Below are positions 20,307 to 28,004 of a DNA stretch of 64,000 bases, piece by piece. Within the stretch, counting starts at the first letter, position 1; each line of letters opens with the position of its first letter. The notes under the pieces are model-generated. The model had not been told where the DNA came from and did no database searches. It saw nothing but the letters and a program-made list of their open reading frames with translations. Origin of the DNA: Alphaproteobacteria bacterium (GTDB taxonomy: Bacteria > Pseudomonadota > Alphaproteobacteria > JANQMY01); assembly GCA_965227095.1 (NCBI GenBank), contig CBDDFL010000002.1:1235025-1299024 (forward strand), in the 5' to 3' direction. The position numbers and the translations under genes are program-made.

Positions 20307-21428
20307 ATGGCTGAGATCCATGCAGTGATCGTGCCCAAATGGGGCCTGGCAATGGAAGAAGGCAAGATCGACCATTGGTATGTGGAAGAAGGCGAAAACG
20401 TCAGCGAAGGTGACGATTTGGTGGATATTGAAACCACCAAGATTACGAACACGCTTGAATCCCAATTCTCTGGGGTCTTCCGCAAACTGGTTGCCGCAGA
20501 AGGGGAAACGCACCCTTGCGGCATGATTATCGGCGTGATTGCCGATGCAGGTGCATCAGATAGCGAGATCGAGAGTTTCGTCGATAGCTTCAAGGACAAT
20601 TACGATCCGGCCGATGTGGCCGTCGATGGCGGCGGACCAGAACCGGAAACAGTCGAGGCCGCGGGAAAGCGCATCCAATATGTAAAAATGGGTGAGGGCG
20701 ACGCGACGCCGATCATTTTTGTGCATGGTTTTGGCGGCGAACTGAACAATTGGCTGTTCACCCAGCCGGCCTTATCGGAAGACCGCGTGACCTACGCCGT
20801 CGATTTGCTGGGACATGGCGGATCGGAAAAGAATGTTGGCGATGGCGGTGTCGCAATCTTAACGGGCGCCGTGCTCGATTTCATGAAGGCGATGGACATT
20901 TCCAAGGTCCATCTCGTCGGCCATTCCCTGGGCGGCGCGGTCGTGTTGGCGATGTCGAAAGAGGCGCCCGATGCAGTCGCAACGGTGACGGCGCTGTGCA
21001 GCGCTGGGTTAGGCGATGAGATAAATATCGACTACATCACAGGGTTTATTGAAGGCAAGCGCCAACGCCAGTTGACGCAAACACTAGGCGCGTTGTTCGC
21101 GGACAAGAGTTTGGTGTCGAAAGACATGGTCGACGACATTATCAAATTTAAACGTTTGGACGGTGTTGATGCGGCGCTGCGCACAATCGCGTCGGCCAAC
21201 TTCTCGGACGGGAAGCAGGCGGCCTCGTTGAAAGACCAAGCCGATGCACTGGGCGGTAGGCTGTTGGTCATTTGGGGCGAGAAGGACGAAGTGATTTCGT
21301 CTGCTCACGCACAAAATGCCGGAAGTGCCAAGGTGGAAGTCCTGGCGGATGCGGGCCATATGGCGCATATGGAAAAGTCAGCCGAGGTGAATGAACTGAT
21401 TTCGGCGCATATAGGCGCGAACGATTAA
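20307..21428 (+). CDS. acoC: Acetoin dehydrogenase E2 (lipoyl domain fused to alpha/beta-hydrolase fold)
   Basis: N-terminal lipoyl domain (DIETTKITNTLES with lipoyl-Lys), then HGFGG and GHSLGG nucleophile elbow. This is the AcoC architecture. Confidence 0.85.
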   Translation: MAEIHAVIVPKWGLAMEEGKIDHWYVEEGENVSEGDDLVDIETTKITNTLESQFSGVFRKLVAAEGETHPCGMIIGVIADAGASDSEIESFVDSFKDNYDPADVAVDGGGPEPETVEAAGKRIQYVKMGEGDATPIIFVHGFGGELNNWLFTQPALSEDRVTYAVDLLGHGGSEKNVGDGGVAILTGAVLDFMKAMDISKVHLVGHSLGGAVVLAMSKEAPDAVATVTALCSAGLGDEINIDYITGFIEGKRQRQLTQTLGALFADKSLVSKDMVDDIIKFKRLDGVDAALRTIASANFSDGKQAASLKDQADALGGRLLVIWGEKDEVISSAHAQNAGSAKVEVLADAGHMAHMEKSAEVNELISAHIGAND

Positions 21429-21448
21429 CTCAAATCTATGAAATCCAT

Positions 21449-21559
21449 CTCGACGTCATTGCGAGGGCGCCCAAGCGCCCGCGGCAATCCAGAGAGGTGA
21501 GCACTGAGCAAGTTGCCATGGATCGCCGCGCATTCCATTGGAATGCTCGCGATGACAGG
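21449..21559. repeat. Structured intergenic element between convergent acoC and oxidoreductase genes
   Basis: Outer arms GTCATTGCGAG (21455-65) and CTCGCGATGAC (21546-56). Internal hairpin GGGCGC/GCGCCC and 17-bp palindrome GCATTCCATTGGAATGC (21528-44). Confidence 0.4.
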
Positions 21560-21560
21560 A

Positions 21561-22589
21561 TCACGTCACCGCCGCCGTTACATCCGCCACTTGCAGCAAT
21601 TGCTTGCCGAAATTTGCGCCTTCAAACAGGCGCATCAGGGTTTTCGGGGCGTTCTCAAGCCCTTCCTGCATGTCTTCTTTGTATTTGATTTTACCCTCGG
21701 CAATCCATTTTGACAGGCGCTTCGCCGCCACGGGGAATTGGTCGGCGTAATCCAGCACGATAAAGCCTTCCATCTTGGCGCGCCGGAAGACAATGTTGAA
21801 ATAGTTCTGTGGACCGGCGGGCAATTGACCAAGCTCGTACCGTGAAATACCGCCGCAAATGACAACGCGGGCCTTCATGGCGATTTCCCCCAAGCAATCG
21901 TTTAGCACCGAACCGCCCACATTGTCGTACATCACATTGATGCCGCCGGGGCAAAGCTCCTTTAGGCGTTTGCGTACGCTGTCGTTCTTGTAGTCGATCG
22001 CTTCATCAAACCCGAGTTCTTGCTTGATCCAATCGCACTTTTCCGGACCACCCGCAATGCCGATGACACGGCATCCGGCGATCTTCCCGATCTGGCCAAC
22101 GACCGATCCGGTGGCGCCCGCCGCGCCCGACACTACCAGCGTGTCGCCGGCGACCGGCTTGCCCACATCCAACAAACCAAAATAAGCGGTCATGCCCGTG
22201 GTCCCCATAACGCCTAGGGAGGCCGTTGGCGGGACGCCGTCAGGCACTTTGTTTATGGACGCAGCCGGAACGACAGCGAAATCCTGCCAGCCCAGCAGCC
22301 CCGACACCAAATCTCCTTCCTTGAACTTCGGCGATTTTGACTCAACGACTTGGCCGACACCGGAGCCGCGCACCACATCGCCGATTTCCGTCGGATCCAC
22401 GTAGTTTGCGACATTTTCGAGCCAACCTTTTTGGGCGGGATCGAACCCGAGATAAAGCGTGCGCACCAAAACCTCGCCATCCGATGGCGTTTGCAAGTCG
22501 GTTTCGTGAAACTTGAAATCTGAATCTTTGAGAGGACGGCCAATAGGGCGGTCGGCGATGAGCCATTGGCGGTTGATATCGTTTTTCAT
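21561..22589 (-). CDS. NADP-dependent oxidoreductase (MDR superfamily, YncB/CurA/LTB4-dehydrogenase-like)
   Basis: MDR cofactor motif VSGAAGATGSVVGQIGK. Family-typical N-terminus (WLIADRPIGRPLKDSDFKF). Confidence 0.9.
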   Translation of the reverse strand: MKNDINRQWLIADRPIGRPLKDSDFKFHETDLQTPSDGEVLVRTLYLGFDPAQKGWLENVANYVDPTEIGDVVRGSGVGQVVESKSPKFKEGDLVSGLLGWQDFAVVPAASINKVPDGVPPTASLGVMGTTGMTAYFGLLDVGKPVAGDTLVVSGAAGATGSVVGQIGKIAGCRVIGIAGGPEKCDWIKQELGFDEAIDYKNDSVRKRLKELCPGGINVMYDNVGGSVLNDCLGEIAMKARVVICGGISRYELGQLPAGPQNYFNIVFRRAKMEGFIVLDYADQFPVAAKRLSKWIAEGKIKYKEDMQEGLENAPKTLMRLFEGANFGKQLLQVADVTAAVT

Positions 22590-23270
22590 GAAGCGGCCTC
22601 TCTGGTGAATTAGGTTCTGTGTAAGGTGACACGACAGTTGCGAGCGTTTTACTTTTCTATACGCGCGCGTAAACCACGGGACACCCTGCTTTTCCTGAAA
22701 AGTAATGCAAGCTGCCCGAGAGGCAAATATCTTTTGGGGTTTTATCTTTGAAATCGAGGAAAATCATCCGCCTGGGGAGAAATATGCAATGACGTCGCGC
22801 GACGATCTAAAATTTCCTCGAGCCATTGGGGCCGTGAGAAATGCTATCGTTTTGGGATGGGCGGCAAAACCTGAATGTCCAGTTGCCGTGCGAAATCGTT
22901 GGCACAAAGTACAAACACTCAATGGTGCTTGCAAATGAGGATCACAAGACAGAAACTGGGATCACAGCAGGTGGCCTCAACCACGGTTTTCAAGCGTGGT
23001 GAGGCTCACCAATTTGGCACATCTATCATGGCCACCCGGCTCAATGTCCGAGTTTCTCAGAGTTGTGCGGTTGACCGCACGCGAAATTCTAAGGGTTTAG
23101 ATTGTCTGGAACAGCTTTCGCTGATCAGCTTGCGTGGTCAGGAGGAGTCATTTTTTTAACCTCCCATCTGGGGGTGGAACCTGACTAAAACTGTACTGCT
23201 GGGGCGGTGTCGAGTCAAACAAAACCGGGTGCACATTGGTGTAATTGGCCGCGACGTACGGAACGGAAAA

Positions 23271-25658
23271 TTATCGCCTTCGTCGTTGCCGGGGAATGTT
23301 TGGCATCTGGTAAGAAAGTATCATCCGTGTACCACTTAATTCTATGTCCCACAGCAAGGGCTCGGCGGTTTCAAGGCTGTTCAGCAGGTCCGTGCGTGCG
23401 GCTTTGATGCGTTGTTTCTTTTCAAGGTCATCGTCAATCTGATCAAGTTTAAGCGCGTCTGGATGCCAGTCTTCCCCTTGGCCAAGTTGTTCCCAACCAT
23501 CGTCTGTTTGGCGATAAGATTGCGCTACAATATGTCTAATGTCGCTCGCCAGCCGGATGATCAGAAACTCGTCTGTTCCGTCGCCGGTCACATCCATATG
23601 CCTGCCGTAACAGGCTATCGTCGCGTCGATGGTGGCATTGGTGTTGGGTGTGCAGTCTGACAATAAGTTGGACTGCGGATAATCTTGAAGAAGCTCAGGT
23701 GGCGGCTGGCGGTTATCCAGCATATTTATGCGTTGCCGCATTTGAACAGGGGTTTGCCAAGCCCGGTTTGGGCGTTGCAAGCGTAGGCGCCGGTCCATGA
23801 ACATGAGGTCAAGCCGGTCGGGTGCGACCACCTTGGCCGCCGCGAATTCTGCTTCCAAAGTGTCAAGGTGCTTTTTCTTTGTCTCCGCTGGAATTTCGTT
23901 TGGGTTAAGATATTTAGCAACGCGATTTTGTTTGAACGTCGCAAAGGGAACCCAGTCATCCGGCCCTCGTTGGATCAGCGCGTAATACAAAATGTTGTTA
24001 AAAGCATCCCAATGATTGCGATTGCTCCACAGCAGCAGATCGTCATCGCCGTCTTGGTCGAGATCTATCAGGCGGCCCAAACATAGGCCATCGTTCCATT
24101 CGCTCGGAACGTCCACCAGGGACGCCTCTGGTTTTCCATCAAGTTCCCGGCGACGCTCGATACCGTATCTGACCTGTTCGTCGAAACTCCGCTTTTGCTG
24201 CAAACAATCCCCGATCGGGTCGGGGCGGCCTACCGGCAACAGAGCGGCTTCGGGGATGTCACCGTCGCCGATCATGCGCACAGCATCTCGGCGTTCGTTG
24301 AAGGAATGGCGTCCGCGGTCATAATTACTGTCATCGCCCAACCGCTCAGCGAGTTCGGCGATGCGTTTATCGCGGTCAGTTTCACTTCGGGATTTAAGTG
24401 TGGCAAGCGCGGTTTGTCCCCAGTGGCGGGATCTGTCGCTGCCCAAGAACCCAAAGTCAAAATCGTCGGGGTCCACGCGGCCACTGTCGAGACGTTCCAT
24501 TTGATTGGCCACGGACAGCCGCGCAGGATCGGCAATCGGCGTCATCAGCGCCACCAGCATGGCCGCCACAAAGGCTGCGCCGGCGATGTTGACTGGTTTG
24601 ACCCAATCCATCCACGGTCCCGGTTTGACCGCTGCGGCGACATACCCAAATGCATAGACGCTGACCACCAGCAATTGCGCGCCCGCCAAAACCCGTGCGG
24701 GTGTGAGCCCATATTGATCCACACGCAACCACAATCCCAAGGCCGCAAGGCACACCACCCCCAACAGGGGAAATGCGCTGAACCGCACAATGGTCCTGAT
24801 GAGTGCGTTCTCCGGTGGCGTTCCCGATTGGAAAGCGGCATTGATTAGCAGGATCATCACCGCTGCGGCATTCAGCAGAAGCAAGGTGGCATTGTTGGTG
24901 TCCCACAATGGCTCGAGGCCCGTGAACAAGAGGGAGACCAAAAACGCCGCCAAGATAACGGTCATCAAAATGGCGAGCCAGGACAGAAGCGCAAGGCCAA
25001 TTTGCCGGACGCCGCGTGTGAGGTCGGATGCTGCGTCTGTCCAATGAATGCCCAGGGCAAAGGCCATGGCTGTGGCGATCCACGCGAACTCCGGCGAGAA
25101 GATTGTGTCGAAGACCCAGTGGATACCGATGATGTAGAAGAGCCAGGCGCCGAGAGAAATGACGGCCCAGAACGCGGCGAAAAAAATGATCGCCAAAACG
25201 GCTTGGAAACCATGGCGCCAGGACATATCGAAATAGGTTTCGTACCGGGCGATGGCGCGCTGGTCATTGTACGCGGCCTGCAGAAACTCATGGACGATGT
25301 AAATTGAAATCAGCGAGAACAGCCACACCGTGACCACCGGTGGCGCCCCGGACCAAACGGGAGCGGGGGCCAGCCAGCCGACAACGGCCAGCACCGCACT
25401 TGCCGCAACTGTCCAGGCGCTCAGCCGCGGCAGTGGGAGATTGCCGACACCGAAAATGAGGGGAAGGGGGGCAAACACACATAAGGTGCGTAACATGGTG
25501 ACGAAATTGCGCCATGTGTCCGGCTCAAAACCGAACTGCGGTTCGTACAGGCGCAGCTCTGCCACCCAATAAAGCGCGCAGCCTTGGATAAACCCGATCA
25601 CCAGCCTGGCGATGAAGGGCCATTGCGCGTCTTGGTTTTTCAGCGCGACAGATCCCAT
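23271..25658 (-). CDS. Large polytopic membrane protein (DUF4153-like) with C-terminal soluble region carrying two Ca-binding FG-GAP/EF-hand-like DxDGDG loops
   Basis: About 12 predicted TM helices in residues 1-400. C-terminal DLDQDGDDDLLLW and DVTGDGTDEFLII loops. No catalytic motif recognised. Confidence 0.6.
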   Translation of the reverse strand: MGSVALKNQDAQWPFIARLVIGFIQGCALYWVAELRLYEPQFGFEPDTWRNFVTMLRTLCVFAPLPLIFGVGNLPLPRLSAWTVAASAVLAVVGWLAPAPVWSGAPPVVTVWLFSLISIYIVHEFLQAAYNDQRAIARYETYFDMSWRHGFQAVLAIIFFAAFWAVISLGAWLFYIIGIHWVFDTIFSPEFAWIATAMAFALGIHWTDAASDLTRGVRQIGLALLSWLAILMTVILAAFLVSLLFTGLEPLWDTNNATLLLLNAAAVMILLINAAFQSGTPPENALIRTIVRFSAFPLLGVVCLAALGLWLRVDQYGLTPARVLAGAQLLVVSVYAFGYVAAAVKPGPWMDWVKPVNIAGAAFVAAMLVALMTPIADPARLSVANQMERLDSGRVDPDDFDFGFLGSDRSRHWGQTALATLKSRSETDRDKRIAELAERLGDDSNYDRGRHSFNERRDAVRMIGDGDIPEAALLPVGRPDPIGDCLQQKRSFDEQVRYGIERRRELDGKPEASLVDVPSEWNDGLCLGRLIDLDQDGDDDLLLWSNRNHWDAFNNILYYALIQRGPDDWVPFATFKQNRVAKYLNPNEIPAETKKKHLDTLEAEFAAAKVVAPDRLDLMFMDRRLRLQRPNRAWQTPVQMRQRINMLDNRQPPPELLQDYPQSNLLSDCTPNTNATIDATIACYGRHMDVTGDGTDEFLIIRLASDIRHIVAQSYRQTDDGWEQLGQGEDWHPDALKLDQIDDDLEKKQRIKAARTDLLNSLETAEPLLWDIELSGTRMILSYQMPNIPRQRRRR

Positions 25659-25842
25659 GACGTTCCCCTTTTCCCACCGAATGCCGCTATCGTGTCACAA
25701 TAAAAAGGCGATAAAACGACAATACCGCCATGTCTAAGCCCCATTTGTAATCCAAGGATCACACCCCCATCGTAATCTGTGTCGCGCCGCGAGTCGGTAT
25801 TTTTCCATGTCAGTACGCGTTTGCCAGAGGAGACCATTGCCC

Positions 25843-26622
25843 ATGTCCACACCCATCCGCCGCATCCCCCTTGCCGGAACACCAAACTTTCGCGACCTGG
25901 GGGGATATGAAACCGCTGATGGCCGCACGGTGAAATGGCGGCGGATATACCGGTCGGGCACCCTGGCCGAATTGACCGACGACGATCATATCCAACTCAA
26001 TGATCTTAATCTGGGGAGGATTTATGATCTTCGTACGGATGATGAACGTGAGAAATATCCAAGCCGCCTGCCGGCCGGCCCGCAAGTGGTGTCGCTGGCG
26101 ATCCACGGGCGGGATATTGTGCGCGAGGAAGAATTCGATCTAGAGGCCTATCTTCGAAGTCTCACCTCGCAAGACCTCGCGAACGGCATTCAAGAATCTT
26201 ACCGTATCTTCGTCACGCGTTTCGCACATCAATACAAAGCGCTCTTTGACCATTTGGAGACACAAGGGGACGATGCCGGGCTGATCCATTGCGCGGCCGG
26301 AAAAGACCGGACCGGCGTGGCTTGCGCCCTGGTGCTGCATGTATTGGGCGTGCCGCGCGACACCATCCTGGAAGACTATACGCTCACCAATCAGTTTTTG
26401 GATCAAGACTATCGGACGAACCGGAAAGCACAGCTCATCCCGGACGGTATTGAGATTGATGTGGATCTGGAAGACACGCTGTTCGATGCGCGGCATGACT
26501 ACATCCAGGCGGCCTTCGACGCCATTGATTCTGATTTTGGTTCGCTGGACGCCTATCTAACGGATGCCCTGGGGGTCACAGCAGACAGAAAATCGAGGTT
26601 ACAAGCCGCATTTCTGGACTGA
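25843..26622 (+). CDS. Protein tyrosine/serine phosphatase (CX5R family)
   Basis: Active-site P-loop HCAAGKDRTG. AGAGGAG SD before the ATG at 25843. Confidence 0.8.
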   Translation: MSTPIRRIPLAGTPNFRDLGGYETADGRTVKWRRIYRSGTLAELTDDDHIQLNDLNLGRIYDLRTDDEREKYPSRLPAGPQVVSLAIHGRDIVREEEFDLEAYLRSLTSQDLANGIQESYRIFVTRFAHQYKALFDHLETQGDDAGLIHCAAGKDRTGVACALVLHVLGVPRDTILEDYTLTNQFLDQDYRTNRKAQLIPDGIEIDVDLEDTLFDARHDYIQAAFDAIDSDFGSLDAYLTDALGVTADRKSRLQAAFLD

Positions 26623-26697
26623 TTTTAGCCTTGAAACTGCCTCCCAAAATCTCGATCTTTAGAGTTTAGGGCTATTTATCGAGATTGGAATTCCTGC

Positions 26698-27600
26698 GTG
26701 GCGAAAGACCCCTACAAGATCCTGGGCGTGGCGAAGACCGCCAGCGATGAAGAGATTCGCAAGGCATATCGCGCGCTTGCCAAAAAGTATCATCCGGATC
26801 TGAACACGGACAATAAGCAAGCAGAAGAACGCTTCAAAGAGGTGTCGCTCGCCTACGATATTTTGGGAGATCCTGAAAAGCGCAAGAAATTCGATGCGGG
26901 CGAAATTGACGCGTCGGGCGCCGAGCAACAGCAACGGCAATATTATCGCGACTATGCCGGGCAAGACCCCCGTTACGCCTATGATTTTGGCGGTGGCGGT
27001 CAGGGCGCGGAAGACCTGAACGATATTTTCTCTACCTTTTTTGGTCAGCGCGGGCGAGCTGGCGGCCGCTCCATGCCGATGGCCGGTCAAGATGTGCAGT
27101 ATCAGCTCTCTGTCGATTTCCTAGAGGCGGCGCGAGGGGCCAAGAAACGCGTGACCATGCCCGATGGCGCTTCTCTCGACATCTCAATCCCCGCCGGTAT
27201 CAAAGATGGGCAATCCTTGCGCCTGAAAGGCAAGGGCGGCCCTGGCATCAATGGCGGTCCGTCCGGGGACGCTTTTGTCACGGTCACCGTCTCGCCTCAC
27301 GCTCTGTTCGAACGCGATGGTGACCATATCCGCATCGAATTGCCAATATCGCTTGATGAAGCCGTTTTGGGCGCCAAGGTGGATGTGCCGACCATTGACG
27401 GTTCGGTAACGTTGTCGATCCCCGCAGGCTCCAACAATGGTGCTGTCTTGCGCCTAAAGGGAAAGGGGATTGCCGGACGGGGGGATCAATACGTCCGACT
27501 GAAAGTGGTGTTACCGGCGGAGCCAGATGATAAACTAACGTCATTCCTTAAGGAGTGGCGGGAAGAGCATCCGCAACAGCCCCGCCGCAATTGGGGGTAA
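26698..27600 (+). CDS. cbpA: Curved-DNA-binding DnaJ-like co-chaperone
   Basis: J-domain with HPD (KYHPDLN); no zinc finger; two C-terminal DnaJ beta-domains. GTG start. Confidence 0.8.
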   Translation: MAKDPYKILGVAKTASDEEIRKAYRALAKKYHPDLNTDNKQAEERFKEVSLAYDILGDPEKRKKFDAGEIDASGAEQQQRQYYRDYAGQDPRYAYDFGGGGQGAEDLNDIFSTFFGQRGRAGGRSMPMAGQDVQYQLSVDFLEAARGAKKRVTMPDGASLDISIPAGIKDGQSLRLKGKGGPGINGGPSGDAFVTVTVSPHALFERDGDHIRIELPISLDEAVLGAKVDVPTIDGSVTLSIPAGSNNGAVLRLKGKGIAGRGDQYVRLKVVLPAEPDDKLTSFLKEWREEHPQQPRRNWG

Positions 27601-27944
27601 TGCTTATGTTTAGCGAAGCAGAAGTCTTGCGCCTCATCCCGGACCTGTCTCGGGACGAATTGTTTGAATTTGTGGAAGCCGGTTGGATCCGTCCGGCGGA
27701 GCAGCGCGATGCAGAGCAATTCGTTTTTATGCAAGTGGATATCGCGCGTGCCCAATTTATCACCGATCTGCGCCATACGATGCAGGTGAATGATGAAGCC
27801 GTGCCCGTCATTTTATCCCTGGTGGAACAGGTACATACCTTGCGAAGTGACCTCGACACGCTGGCAAAATCCATAGAAACTCAAGGTCCGGACGTCCGGA
27901 CCAAAATCGCGGAAGCCATTCGTCAGTTAGGGACACGCACTTAG
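27600..27944 (+). CDS. cbpM: Chaperone modulatory protein CbpM (MerR-like)
   Basis: ATG overlaps the cbpA stop (TAATG). Sequence pattern similar to E. coli CbpM. Confidence 0.7.
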   Translation: MLMFSEAEVLRLIPDLSRDELFEFVEAGWIRPAEQRDAEQFVFMQVDIARAQFITDLRHTMQVNDEAVPVILSLVEQVHTLRSDLDTLAKSIETQGPDVRTKIAEAIRQLGTRT

Positions 27945-28004
27945 TTCCATTCGACGTGTAAGATGCGACAAGGCCGGTCTATCGCCTAGCCAAATAGGAG
28001 TTTC

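Noticed and set aside
19250-20599. 449-aa minus-strand ORF
   Set aside because: It is antisense to acoB/acoC with Arg/Gly/His-rich low-complexity translation typical of GC-rich antisense frames. The sense genes have clear E1-beta and E2 motifs.
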